Assembly: GCA_963703955.1 (NCBI GenBank) | Contig: CAVPGK010000011.1 | Span: 32,001-96,000 of the forward strand | Source of the DNA: Nitrospirota bacterium | Lineage (GTDB): Bacteria; Nitrospirota; Nitrospiria; Nitrospirales; Nitrospiraceae | Direction of reading: 5' to 3' | DNA length: 64,000 nucleotides | Part shown: one piece after another, positions 53,015 to 62,985 of the stretch | Layout: each line of letters begins with the position of its first letter | Position numbering within the stretch: position 1 is the stretch's first letter | Notes under the pieces: model-generated | What the model was told of the DNA's origin: nothing | The model's database searches: none | Seen by the model: only the letters and a program-made list of their open reading frames with translations | Translations under genes and position numbers: made by a program

Positions 53015-53803
53015 ATGGCCAATGAGGGAAAGCAAGGTATCACCGTGAAGAACCAAAAGACGAACCCTTTCAGGGAACGGCTCCTTCGCATCATGGATCA
53101 CAAACATCATTGGGCTTGGTCCTATTTCGGCGGTAACGCGCTCACCAAAGCCCAACTAAGAATCCATTTTCAGCAGGAGTATGTTGTCTACGTGCGCGAC
53201 TTTCCCGTGTTCCTTGCTCGCATCCATGGACAGAATCCTCCTCCTGACGTCCGGCGGATGCTCGCCGAGAACATTTACGAAGAGGATACCGGCGGGCTTT
53301 CAGTAGGACGTTCTCACCCTGACCTTTTTTTGATGATGATGGAAGGATTAGGGTACGCTCCGGAAGACTTTCAAAACATCACCATGTTTCCGGCCAGCCG
53401 CTTGTACAGACAGTGGCTGGATCGCGTCTCCGCCAATAAGGATTGGGTGGTCGGTGCAGCGGCTCTGACGATTTTTGTCGAAGGCAGCATCAATGACCGC
53501 CAGGAAATCCTTACCCCCTCATCGCCTAAAAAACCGGCTGAGGTCGAGGACGTTGTCAAGAGACATCCCCTCGTCCAACATTACGGACTGTCCCCGGACC
53601 GTATGGACCTCGTCCGCGCTCATCAGATGGTCGAAGCAGGACACCGCCACGACGCGTATCACATGATCGTCAACCATGCCATGGGACCAGGGCAGCAAAG
53701 CCAGGTGGTCGCCTGCCTAACGAAATCATTGCGCTTGTGGTTACGGTATAGAGACGGCATCGCGCGCGCTTGCGGATTGAAGAAGCGTGTCACGGGAACA
53801 TGA
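53015..53803 (+). CDS. TenA/PqqC/CADD-family heme-oxygenase-like dimetal enzyme
   Basis: NIYEEDTG..SHPDLF, FVEG and AHQMVEAGH ligand pattern. Confidence 0.8.
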   Translation: MANEGKQGITVKNQKTNPFRERLLRIMDHKHHWAWSYFGGNALTKAQLRIHFQQEYVVYVRDFPVFLARIHGQNPPPDVRRMLAENIYEEDTGGLSVGRSHPDLFLMMMEGLGYAPEDFQNITMFPASRLYRQWLDRVSANKDWVVGAAALTIFVEGSINDRQEILTPSSPKKPAEVEDVVKRHPLVQHYGLSPDRMDLVRAHQMVEAGHRHDAYHMIVNHAMGPGQQSQVVACLTKSLRLWLRYRDGIARACGLKKRVTGT

Positions 53804-54443
53804 CGTAGTCCAATCTCTCGATGCGCACGACCGGCATCACCATACCGCGCCCTGGCTCTTCATGCGCGAAGTCGTAGATGACGCATTCCTCGGCCACGAG
53901 CCGGCCGGTCATGACCACGTCGATAGCAATCCGTTCCCCTCTTCCTACTCGTTCCCGCAACGTCTTTCGAAGTGATGGAGGGGGAACAGCCACGAGGTTC
54001 GACGGCAGACCATCGGGTTTGAATCGGACCAATCCCCATTGAGTTTCCACTACCTTTGGCCCGACTGCGACGGAAAAGCCACCGCTGCGTGGATCGTACT
54101 CGGACAATTCTCCGGACCACAAGAAGGTCAGCAGGGTCATCGGACCATCGGTCAGACGCGTCCGGTCTCGCGTCCGATTCAGGGTAAACAGCCGCTCATC
54201 ATGGCCACTGCCATCCGCACCATAGAGACTCCTCCAATCCGGGGGCTCGCGGTCCAATGATCCCAGAAATTGTTCAATTGAAACAGGATCGTCAAGCAGC
54301 AGGGTATTTTGAGGAAGAACCCACCATGGGCCGGCGTGGTCACTCTTCACCAAGGGACGCACCCCGATCTCGTCTTTGCCGAACACTGGGCGTGTCGGCG
54401 ACGCTAGCCAACAGATCACAACGACCAGAATCAACGTTCGCAT
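53790..54443 (-). CDS. exported hypothetical protein
   Basis: Signal peptide MRTLILVVVICW; 217 aa. Confidence 0.7.
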   Translation of the reverse strand: MRTLILVVVICWLASPTRPVFGKDEIGVRPLVKSDHAGPWWVLPQNTLLLDDPVSIEQFLGSLDREPPDWRSLYGADGSGHDERLFTLNRTRDRTRLTDGPMTLLTFLWSGELSEYDPRSGGFSVAVGPKVVETQWGLVRFKPDGLPSNLVAVPPPSLRKTLRERVGRGERIAIDVVMTGRLVAEECVIYDFAHEEPGRGMVMPVVRIERLDYVMFP

Positions 54444-54466
54444 CGATTGACCGCATCGGCGACGGA

Positions 54467-54802
54467 TCAGCCTCGCCCCTTTGTGCTCTCGGTCAGCCTC
54501 CGCTCAAATGCGGCGCGTACCGCATGGACGGAAGGGTGTTCCGTGGTCAGGACGCCGGCATCGATAAGGACATCCAGACGTGGCGAGGGATCCAGGCGGC
54601 GGACGGAAGTCTGATCGAGGTTGTTAGCCGTTTCCAGGACCTGCCGGTAGGTTTCCAACCAGGATTCGGTAATGGCGCATAAGCCGGCGTCGGTCGGCTT
54701 CATACGGCCAAGCTTGACTTCGTGCAGAAGCTTGACGATGGGATCCGTCAAAGAAAGCCTCTTGACGGCTTGATCGACAGACTGCAAGCTCGCGTCGGTC
54801 AT
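54467..54802 (-). CDS. hypothetical protein
   Basis: ATG at 54802 just after the zinc-ribbon gene stop. Confidence 0.7.
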   Translation of the reverse strand: MTDASLQSVDQAVKRLSLTDPIVKLLHEVKLGRMKPTDAGLCAITESWLETYRQVLETANNLDQTSVRRLDPSPRLDVLIDAGVLTTEHPSVHAVRAAFERRLTESTKGRG

Positions 54803-54809
54803 CCCTGCG

Positions 54810-55034
54810 CTAGTTGGTTGAGCAGGAACCTGGCCCGCGAGGATCTCCGCATGTGCCGCAGGGTCCCATCCCACCGGAAGAATGCCACGGACTGGTTCCT
54901 CCCACGCCGAACGCGGAGAACTGTTTGTCCAGTGCTGTGGCTTTGCAGGAGGGACAGGCCGGAACGGTTGATCCATGAACGATCGTCTCAAAGCGATGGT
55001 TGCATTCCCGACAAATGTATTCGAAGATGGGCAT
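54810..55034 (-). CDS. FmdB-family zinc ribbon protein
   Basis: MPIFEYICRECNHRFE...CPSC; AAGGAGG RBS. Confidence 0.88.
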   Translation of the reverse strand: MPIFEYICRECNHRFETIVHGSTVPACPSCKATALDKQFSAFGVGGTSPWHSSGGMGPCGTCGDPRGPGSCSTN

Positions 55035-55112
55035 GAGTCCTCCTTGACTATTGATTCTATTATAAGGCTGCAACCAGCGCATCGCAACGATGTCGGGGGA
55101 GCGGAGGCAGGC

Positions 55113-55379
55113 ATGTTTCAAGAAGAGAAGACCTTCACCGTTCGATTCAGCCTCGAGGCCAATTTTCCCGAAGACTACGATGGCGACGAGGATAATCACG
55201 TCTGGGTACAGGATTGGGAGAGACGAATCAAGCCGGAGGTCATTAAGGTAATCTTTGGGTCTCTCCGGCAGCATCCGACCTGGACCGCTCATGTTCGGAA
55301 CCGCGGGCTTTCCCCGCTCGATGAAATTGAGATTGCCATGGAGAAGAGGGTGTCTCAGGATCCATCGCGGTCGACCTAG
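55113..55379 (+). CDS. hypothetical protein
   Basis: GGAGG RBS; 88 aa. Confidence 0.7.
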   Translation: MFQEEKTFTVRFSLEANFPEDYDGDEDNHVWVQDWERRIKPEVIKVIFGSLRQHPTWTAHVRNRGLSPLDEIEIAMEKRVSQDPSRST

Positions 55380-55423
55380 TCCTATCTTGATTCTGGTCTC
55401 ATGATGCAGGAGGATCGGGTTCC

Positions 55424-55870
55424 ATGAAAGCTTCCTATCTCGGTCACGTCGTCTTTTATGTGAAGGACTTGGAACGCTCTCTCGCGTTCTATCGGGATCT
55501 GTTGGGTTTTCATGAGGTCGGGCGAGCATTCGGGGGAGCCGCGGCTGCGCTCACATCAGGCCGCACGCATCATGAACTGCTGTTGATCGAAGTTGGCGCG
55601 GCCCCGGCTCCTCCCTCCGGCCGGCGCCTGGGTCTATACCATATCGGCATTAAGATCGGCGATTCACTGAGCGAGCTTCGCGAGGCAAAGGCGGATCTCG
55701 AACGATCCGGCATCGCCATCACGGGCATGAGCGATCACACGGTGAGCCAAAGTCTATATCTGGCCGATCCAGACGGCAATGAAGTCGAGCTGTACGTCGA
55801 TGCCGATCCGGCGCTCTGGAAGCAGAACCCGTCGGCGGTGCTTGCGCCGATCAAACCACTCAGATTGTAA
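55424..55870 (+). CDS. VOC/glyoxalase-family protein
   Basis: LGHVVFYVKDLERS..FY, GLYHIG and SLYLADPDGNEVELY motifs. Confidence 0.9.
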   Translation: MKASYLGHVVFYVKDLERSLAFYRDLLGFHEVGRAFGGAAAALTSGRTHHELLLIEVGAAPAPPSGRRLGLYHIGIKIGDSLSELREAKADLERSGIAITGMSDHTVSQSLYLADPDGNEVELYVDADPALWKQNPSAVLAPIKPLRL

Positions 55871-55966
55871 CAGGATGCTGAACCTCCCTCAATTTCGTTT
55901 CTCGCCTGCGGCCTCGTTGCATCGGGAAGGGGTATGTTCTGGCACTCCGGGGGTGACATTCTTATT

Positions 55967-57100
55967 ATGAGCGTCGGGTCATACATTCATGTCCCCTTCT
56001 GTCGGGCACGCTGTCACTTCTGCGCGTTCTATCTTCTGATCTACCGCACCAATCATGCACACGCGTATTTGAACGCCCTCTCGCAGGAGATTCGCCTCCA
56101 TGCAGCTCAGAACAGCCTTGAGGGTCGTCCGCTGGATACTGTCTACTTCGGAGGCGGCACCCCGACCACCTTAAAGCCTGCTCACCTTTCCATGATTCTG
56201 GAATCTGTTCGAGACCATTTCGGCTTGTCTGAGCAAGCGGAGATCACGCTCGAGGCTCATCCGGACACGGTGACTGTAGAAGGTCTTGTTGACCTCCGAC
56301 AAGCTGGGTTTAATCGGATCAGCTTGGGAGTTGAGACGATGGATGGAAAAGAATTAATCCGGATCGGGCGCTGGACGTTGCCGGCTAGAGTCCGCACTGC
56401 TGTTGGTGAAGCCCGCACGGCGGGCTTTGAGAATATCAATCTCGACCTGATATACGGTTTGCCCGGTCAGGAATTGTCAAGCTGGCGAGCAACCTTGGAA
56501 GCAACCATCGCGCTGAATCCTACGCATATCTCTTGCTACGCGCTAACCGTTGAAGAAGGAACGCGCTTGGAACGAGGACTTCATCTCGGCGAATGGGCCG
56601 AGGCTGACAGCACGCTACAATTCGCGATGGAGAAGGAAGCGACACGACAGTTGGCCACCGCCGGGTTTCAGCACTACGAGATCTCCAATTTTTGCCGACC
56701 AGGATTTGCGTGCCGACACAACCTTCTTTATTGGACTGGTGGAGATTACCTGGGGCTGGGGCCCAGTGCACAGTCTTACCTGAATGGGCGCCGCTTCGGT
56801 AACATCGGCAATCTAGAAGGCTACCAGACGACCCTCGGCGCCGGACGGCTACCTGTCGCCCAGATCGATCACCTGAGCCCGGAGCAGCGTTGGCGGGAGA
56901 CCATCGTGTTCGGTTTACGCCTCACCGAGGGTATTGATCCCGAGGCCATGGGTCTTCACGCCCAGGCGGATGATCCTGGATGGTATGAAGAACTCAAACG
57001 GATGATTGGTGAGGGCTTCGTGGAACAGCGCACGGGCCGGATCAGGCTCACCGAAATGGGGCGGCGGTTCGCTGACTCAGTGGCCGTTGCCCTGCTCTAA
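55967..57100 (+). CDS. hemW: radical SAM heme chaperone HemW (HemN-like)
   Basis: YIHVPFCRARCHFC, YFGGGTP, NLDLIYGLPGQ, YEISNF and HNLLYW motifs. Confidence 0.88.
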   Translation: MSVGSYIHVPFCRARCHFCAFYLLIYRTNHAHAYLNALSQEIRLHAAQNSLEGRPLDTVYFGGGTPTTLKPAHLSMILESVRDHFGLSEQAEITLEAHPDTVTVEGLVDLRQAGFNRISLGVETMDGKELIRIGRWTLPARVRTAVGEARTAGFENINLDLIYGLPGQELSSWRATLEATIALNPTHISCYALTVEEGTRLERGLHLGEWAEADSTLQFAMEKEATRQLATAGFQHYEISNFCRPGFACRHNLLYWTGGDYLGLGPSAQSYLNGRRFGNIGNLEGYQTTLGAGRLPVAQIDHLSPEQRWRETIVFGLRLTEGIDPEAMGLHAQADDPGWYEELKRMIGEGFVEQRTGRIRLTEMGRRFADSVAVALL

Positions 57101-57108
57101 CTGAGTCG

Positions 57109-57531
57109 TCACGATTCAGCTCGCTCCAGTGTCGTCACCCGAAATTCTGTCCTTCCGAGAAACTCCTTGTTGGCATAGAGCTGAATTTCATATCGTCCCG
57201 GAGCCGGAAATTGCACGACGGGGATATTGATCCCGAAATCGCTGATGGACAGCCTGTCGCCAATAACCGCGGACAAGCCCGCCTCCACCACCAGGCTGTC
57301 AGATTCGGAGTGGACCAGTCGGAGCACCATGTCGTACTGGCCTTCCGCATCGGTCAGGCAGAAATACACACCCATCTTGTGATGCACGCATGGAAAGCTG
57401 TGCGCCCAGATATGGGTAAAGGTTCCGATCAGACTCTTCTTGTTAGTGGACCGATCATCGATCACCATATCGCACACCAAGAGCGCGGTGAGCGATGGTT
57501 TTGTTGCACTCATGTCAATCTTCTCGGTCAC
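57109..57531 (-). CDS. hypothetical protein (DUF6941-like)
   Basis: LLVCD..I.D....KKSLIGTF and FPAPGRY pattern. Confidence 0.7.
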   Translation of the reverse strand: MTEKIDMSATKPSLTALLVCDMVIDDRSTNKKSLIGTFTHIWAHSFPCVHHKMGVYFCLTDAEGQYDMVLRLVHSESDSLVVEAGLSAVIGDRLSISDFGINIPVVQFPAPGRYEIQLYANKEFLGRTEFRVTTLERAES

Positions 57532-57534
57532 CGA

Positions 57535-57912
57535 TCAGCGGGTCAGCAGGAAGTGCAACGCCGTATCGGCCAGAATGGCCGCCCACGCCGTCATATTGAG
57601 CACGACCAGCGAGCGATCCTTGCGCCACACGTGGAACAGCGCCAGCGCGATGGCAACCTGGGTCAGAAGGGAAAAAGGACGATGGACGTTCGCGGACATT
57701 CCACCGCGCTCACTGGCGACTGCCGCCACCGCCGCCAAGAGGTAGCATCCCAGCGCCGCGCCTTGTAACCAGACCGCGGTCGTTCCGCTCTCGCGACGAA
57801 CGACATGGACCAACGCCCACGTCAAGGAAGCCACAACAATCAACAGCAGGAGGGGAAACAGTGGCCAGAGAACCTTCGCGCTCAAGTACCACGGCGCATG
57901 GACGGTGGTCAT
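57535..57912 (-). CDS. membrane protein
   Basis: Four hydrophobic segments. Confidence 0.7.
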   Translation of the reverse strand: MTTVHAPWYLSAKVLWPLFPLLLLIVVASLTWALVHVVRRESGTTAVWLQGAALGCYLLAAVAAVASERGGMSANVHRPFSLLTQVAIALALFHVWRKDRSLVVLNMTAWAAILADTALHFLLTR

Positions 57913-58063
57913 GGTCTTCTCCCGGAGCAAGCGCGCAAGACTCTATCAACCAACCCTCTGACAGTCAACGCCGGCATCCGGGGCCAAAAGTCCGTTTCTC
58001 TTGACAAACCTTTGGATGTGGTTGTAGGAAAGACAAGGGGTGTGTCAGTCGTGAGAGGTCATT

Positions 58064-58276
58064 ATGCCTATCAACATGGACCCGAAGAAACGTCGAAGGA
58101 AAGCCGAACCTTCCGCCGGCGAGTCAGAGACCGACTCCAATCTCCACGGCTCCAACCAGGCGGAGTCGAAGCCGTTCGGCGAAGAGAGCGAGGAGGATCG
58201 TCAGAAATCTCTGGCCGATGCCGAGTTGAAAAATCTGTGGGACGCGACCGAGGTGATCGACATGGACACCTGGTGA
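58064..58276 (+). CDS. small hypothetical protein
   Basis: GAGG RBS; TTGACA upstream; 70 aa. Confidence 0.55.
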   Translation: MPINMDPKKRRRKAEPSAGESETDSNLHGSNQAESKPFGEESEEDRQKSLADAELKNLWDATEVIDMDTW

Positions 58277-58368
58277 CAAATTTCTTACGTGTGATCAATA
58301 TGTCGGATCTTCAATACCTCAAGTATTCTTCCAACCACTGTAAGAGTTTGTTTCACCTTCAGCAGCAA

Positions 58369-59445
58369 TCAGGCCGGCAGGAAAAAAAAGGCGATCGCTA
58401 GGATCACATAGACTCCGACCAGCATGACGCCTTCCATCCAGTGAGATTCCCCGTCCATCGCGACGAACCCTACGATCAGGACCGAGACTGTCACCGCAGC
58501 CACCTCAAACGGGGTAAAGATCAGGTCGAGCGGCGGGCCGACGACATAGCTGACAAACACCAGAATGGGGGCGACGAACAGGGCGATTTGCAGGCTGGAC
58601 CCGACGGCAATATTGAAGGCCAGGTCCATGTGGTTTTTCATTGCGACCAGGACCGCCGTCGAATGTTCAGCCGCGTTGCCCACCAGCGCCACCAAAATCA
58701 CGCCGACGAAAACCTGCGTCAGCCCGAGCCGAGCCGCCGCCGGTTGTACGGCGCCGACCAGCAGTTCACTCATGACGGCGATCAGAATCGTCGCGATGAG
58801 CAACACGATGGTCGCCCGCCGCCGGCTCCAGGGCCGCTCACCCATGGGGTGGGAATCAGCATCTCCGGCGAAGAGATGCCAGTGGGTTTTCAATGAGAAG
58901 ACCAGGCTCAACACATAGATGGCAAACAGAACGATGGAGATTTCCAGACTCAGCTCCCGTTCCACCTCGACACCTTGCTGAGAGGCGGTCAGATGAAACA
59001 GCGCGGGGACAACCAATCCCACCGCGGACAGGAGAAGAAGGCTGGCCCCCATCCCGGCTGCCGTAAGGTTAAACCGCTGGCGTTTGTACCGGAGGCCTCC
59101 CGCGACCATCGACAGGCCGAGCACCAGAAGAATGTTGCCGATGATGGACCCGGTAATGGAGGCCTTGACCACATTGTGTAGCCCCTCTTGCAAGGCCATA
59201 ATGGCGATAATAAGCTCCGCTGCGTTCCCAAAAGACGCGTTGAGTACCCCCCCCAGGCCGGCGCCGACACGACTCGCCAGATGCTCCGTCGCTTCACCCA
59301 TCAAACCGGCAAGAGGAACAATGGCCAGAGCGGAGGTGATGAAAACAAACAGCGGATCGGCGTGACCAAACTCAAGAGCTAGTGCAATGGGGAGAAACAC
59401 CAGGAGGGCATGAATAGGTTTCACGGCCGGAGGCCATCGCGCCAT
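58369..59445 (-). CDS. Ca2+/H+ antiporter (CAX/ChaA family)
   Basis: [26 protein letters not shown] and [10 protein letters not shown] motifs. Confidence 0.93.
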   Translation of the reverse strand: MARWPPAVKPIHALLVFLPIALALEFGHADPLFVFITSALAIVPLAGLMGEATEHLASRVGAGLGGVLNASFGNAAELIIAIMALQEGLHNVVKASITGSIIGNILLVLGLSMVAGGLRYKRQRFNLTAAGMGASLLLLSAVGLVVPALFHLTASQQGVEVERELSLEISIVLFAIYVLSLVFSLKTHWHLFAGDADSHPMGERPWSRRRATIVLLIATILIAVMSELLVGAVQPAAARLGLTQVFVGVILVALVGNAAEHSTAVLVAMKNHMDLAFNIAVGSSLQIALFVAPILVFVSYVVGPPLDLIFTPFEVAAVTVSVLIVGFVAMDGESHWMEGVMLVGVYVILAIAFFFLPA

Positions 59446-59480
59446 GAGCGCACCGTACCATAGAGGTTTGTGAGTTGTCG

Positions 59481-60161
59481 ATGAGTTCACTTTCCAAACC
59501 ACATGCCCTGTACTATCCCTTTCATCTGTGTCACGAACGAACGCTCGACCTCATACTGACCGAATATACATCGGTGCACTTCCGGGACTACATGGCGCTG
59601 CAATTGACGGCGATGAGTGGAACCACAGCGTTCGCGGACCGGATGGGAGACTACCATGCCGATCTATTGCGAGGTGGCCGAATCGTTCATGGGCATTCGG
59701 TCAGTGGTCCGCTGAATTCCTCGATGATCGCTGCGATTGACCGTGACCTCGCTGATCCCACCTGGCGCTTTCTGCTCCACGATGCCCTCATAGAAGATCG
59801 ACGGTTTCAACGCGGCTTGTTCGACCTCTCACACGGCGTGATGATCGGAACGACTATGGTCCCCGGTCCGGCCGCCCTGTTGCGCCTGACAGAGGTGTTC
59901 CGTGCTCATGAACCCTGGTCTGTGGAGACGCTCCGCAGTCTCAGCAGGAAGCGAACAAGCATGGACGATGGATATGCGTATGAATACGGTTTGGCCATGG
60001 TCAAGACATCCGCATCACTGGCTTATACGATTCAACTCTGTCTGCAGCATGGTCTAGAGGCAGTCACCGACTCCCAAGTGCATTATCGGTTGCTCGCACG
60101 CACCTGCCTCAGGGACGACGTGGACCTTCGCAATCGGGTCCTGGAACGAGAGGGTTACTGA
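59481..60161 (+). CDS. hypothetical protein
   Basis: ~226-aa ORF starting ALYYPF. Confidence 0.7.
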   Translation: MSSLSKPHALYYPFHLCHERTLDLILTEYTSVHFRDYMALQLTAMSGTTAFADRMGDYHADLLRGGRIVHGHSVSGPLNSSMIAAIDRDLADPTWRFLLHDALIEDRRFQRGLFDLSHGVMIGTTMVPGPAALLRLTEVFRAHEPWSVETLRSLSRKRTSMDDGYAYEYGLAMVKTSASLAYTIQLCLQHGLEAVTDSQVHYRLLARTCLRDDVDLRNRVLEREGY

Positions 60162-60225
60162 GCCAGCCGGCGAAGAAAGCCTGGGTCCAGGCGCAGCTTG
60201 GCACTCGGTAGGTCCAGGCTGTAAG

Positions 60226-60531
60226 ATGATCTCTATGTCTGACTCACGGTCAGCCGTCACCATACCCAGCACAATCGAGGATCAGGCGACCAGCACAGGC
60301 GATGGCCTCGAAGCTCGAGTCACAGTCTATAACTGCAATTGCCACACCTATCAGCAAGTGATTACCTTGTTTTGCCAAACGATCCCCGGCATGAATCCAA
60401 ACCGCGCTTTTGAATTGGCTTGGCGCATCGACCATGAAGGCAACGCAATCGTCTACTCGGGTGAATGGAAGACCGCGGAGGACATTGCGAAAAAACTGAT
60501 ATCGGGCGGGTTGCGGGTTACAGTGCAGTAG
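60226..60531 (+). CDS. ClpS-like adaptor protein
   Basis: RVTVYNCNCHTYQQV...M...RA..LAW.IDHEG.A.V..G...AE...L...GL ClpS pattern. Confidence 0.75.
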   Translation: MISMSDSRSAVTIPSTIEDQATSTGDGLEARVTVYNCNCHTYQQVITLFCQTIPGMNPNRAFELAWRIDHEGNAIVYSGEWKTAEDIAKKLISGGLRVTVQ

Positions 60532-60586
60532 CCCCCGGGCCTGAGGAGAGGTTTACACCTCAACACCCGGGGACTTGCGATGAATA

Positions 60587-60880
60587 TTACCGATGGGCTA
60601 TCTTTCGGCCTGGTCTCCTGGCCGCAAGACGTCGGGATGTACGAGATGATCTCAAACTAACCCGTTTGCTTGCCGGGGCTTTTCCGGACTTCTCATGCAT
60701 GGTCGGAAGGGTCGGCAGCCGTTTAGCTTTGGACAGTGACTCTCCACTGTAGACCCTCACCTGGTAGAGCTCGAACAGCCGATTAATGGCTTTTGGGTCC
60801 CCTTTTCTCGCCAAGTTGAGGAGGCGTCGTCGCTGGTTCATTTCTTCTTCTTCAGTATGAGAAGCCGCTCGACGTTCCAT
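60587..60880 (-). CDS. basic hypothetical protein
   Basis: AAAGG RBS; LLNLARKGDPKAI..LFELYQV. Confidence 0.6.
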   Translation of the reverse strand: MERRAASHTEEEEMNQRRRLLNLARKGDPKAINRLFELYQVRVYSGESLSKAKRLPTLPTMHEKSGKAPASKRVSLRSSRTSRRLAARRPGRKIAHR

Positions 60881-61304
60881 GCGCACACCTTTCTCCATCT
60901 GGGTGAGATGGTTTGTCCGACCCCAAAACGAGTTGATTGTACACCAAAATTTGGCATTTTTCTAGAGATTTAGGAATAACAGGCTCTATCCCTACCCAAT
61001 GGACCGGAAAGATCACTGCGTCTCACCATTTAACATATTGACTCCACACAGATTTCAAGGCATCAGCTCTTTTCGTGCGTAAAAAGGCACGAGGGACAAT
61101 TTGTCCTTATCGTGTAGTGCCTCCACCTGACCGCCGAAGAACCGCCCTACCGCATCCACTAGTTGGTAGGTTGGCTTGCCGCTTTGAGATCACTGATCTC
61201 AGGTCACCATCTATCCCTGAAGTTGTGCTCACGCTGAAGCCCGCTTATAATCACCGCACAAATCCTTGACCATCAACCGAAGTCCGCAGCAAAGGAGTCC
61301 ATCA

Positions 61305-61979
61305 ATGGAGATGTATGCCCGTGAAAAGACCGGAACAGAGGTTCAGGATGACGCGAAGGCCCGGTCACTGCTTCGGCAAGCGTTTGAAAAGACAGCGCGA
61401 TGGCAAACAGACTTCAAAGGCTTTACGTCCGACCTGAAGGTTAACGTGAACGGCAAAGAATTGAGAGGAACCGTAACCGCAAAAGGCCCGCGTGACGTGA
61501 AGGTTTCGCTCGGGGACCCCGAGTTGGAGAAATGGGCGGAAGGTCAGATCGGTATGATCGTTGTACATCGAGGGCCGCGAAGTTTTGAAGATTCCGATGG
61601 AAAATACTCCTTAACCCTGGGAGACGATACCGACCATCCGCTTGGGCCTCGTTTGAATATTCACGGCGACGGCATGCATTCGTTCTACAGGGTCAAGGGT
61701 GACCGGATCACTCAGATTAACCGGACCATGCCTCACATGGCGTTCACGATCAATGTCGAGGAGAGCACCGTCACACAAGAGGGTAAATTCCTCACAACCC
61801 GGTATACCGTGTACTATTTCTCGCCGAAGGACGGGAAGCTGACCAACGTCGAGAGTTTCACCGACTCCCATACTCGGGTAGCCTCTTCAGATCTGCCGGC
61901 CACGCGTCGGATCATCTCTTATGAGAGTGGGGAGGTCGTCGTCAAATCCCTGATGTTTGAGAATCACAAGATGCTGTAA
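61305..61979 (+). CDS. DUF3386-like protein
   Basis: AAGGAG RBS; W..DF.GF, HRGPRSFE and YRV....ITQINR pattern. Confidence 0.75.
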   Translation: MEMYAREKTGTEVQDDAKARSLLRQAFEKTARWQTDFKGFTSDLKVNVNGKELRGTVTAKGPRDVKVSLGDPELEKWAEGQIGMIVVHRGPRSFEDSDGKYSLTLGDDTDHPLGPRLNIHGDGMHSFYRVKGDRITQINRTMPHMAFTINVEESTVTQEGKFLTTRYTVYYFSPKDGKLTNVESFTDSHTRVASSDLPATRRIISYESGEVVVKSLMFENHKML

Positions 61980-62226
61980 TGGGCCTGAGACCTAGTAACC
62001 ACGGAGCGTAAAAGGTAATGGCCGGATACGTTCGCATCGGGCGAATGATCGATAATTGCCAGCCCTGCTCGCAAGGTCGCCGCTCAGAGTCTCGTTGCAT
62101 GGTTGTTGTGGTTACAAGTAGACTGCTAGTATGTTTGGTCAGTATCGTCTGATCCAAACAGGTCATCACATAGGATTGCTAGGATGGCTCCTGCGGCTTC
62201 CAAGCGGAAACTAAGGAGACGAGGCT

Positions 62227-62850
62227 ATGAACCCAGCAGATGACACCCAAGAAATGAGGGCAGGGACTCAAGGGCCTAAGGGGAGTTCGCCCCGCGAAGA
62301 CAAGAAGAATCCGACCATGCAAGCGGGGCCGGAAAATGCTGAGAGCCTTGACAAGGTAAGAGACATTCTCTTCGGATCTCAGTCTCGGGAATATGACAAA
62401 CGACTCTCCCGCCTTGAAGAAAGTCTCATCCAAAGATCGTCGGAACTGAAGAATGATTTGAAGGCGCGGTTTGAGTCTCTGGAATCCTATCTTGAGAAGG
62501 AGGTCGAATCGTTAACCAATCGAATAAAAGTTGAGCATGATGAACGGGCAGAGTCGGTTAAAGAGCTGATGCGAGAATTGAAGGATCTAAGCAAAATCGT
62601 TGAGAAGAAAGTAACTCAGCTCGATGACCAAGCTAATAAGGAACACCGTGAGTTACGTCAACGAATCTTGGATCAGCACAAGACCTTGTTCGATGAAATC
62701 CAACAGAAGAATGAGACATTAACACAGGCTCTTGGTCAGGCTGTTCAAGAACTCCGTGATGAAAAAGTGAATCGGACACTGCTCGCGGATCTATTAGTAA
62801 AATCTGCTATGTGCCTGAACGATGAACTAAAGATTGCCGGCAACAAATGA
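62227..62850 (+). CDS. coiled-coil hypothetical protein
   Basis: LDKVRDILFG followed by a long E/K/L-rich heptad region. Confidence 0.8.
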   Translation: MNPADDTQEMRAGTQGPKGSSPREDKKNPTMQAGPENAESLDKVRDILFGSQSREYDKRLSRLEESLIQRSSELKNDLKARFESLESYLEKEVESLTNRIKVEHDERAESVKELMRELKDLSKIVEKKVTQLDDQANKEHRELRQRILDQHKTLFDEIQQKNETLTQALGQAVQELRDEKVNRTLLADLLVKSAMCLNDELKIAGNK

Positions 62851-62985
62851 CCGAACAATGGACTTTTTCTTGTTTTCTCTACAATAGTCCCAAACCTTGA
62901 CTGGTTTGATGACCATCGAGAGTTTGTATAGGTCTGATTGACTCTCCTTGCAACACTGCTTAGCTCTAACGTGAGGAGCCGGGCA

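Noticed and set aside
54467..55529. Extended ORFs 54467..55114 and 54810..55529
   Set aside because: Better starts are at 54802 and 55034 (the latter with a strong RBS); the extensions overlap other genes.
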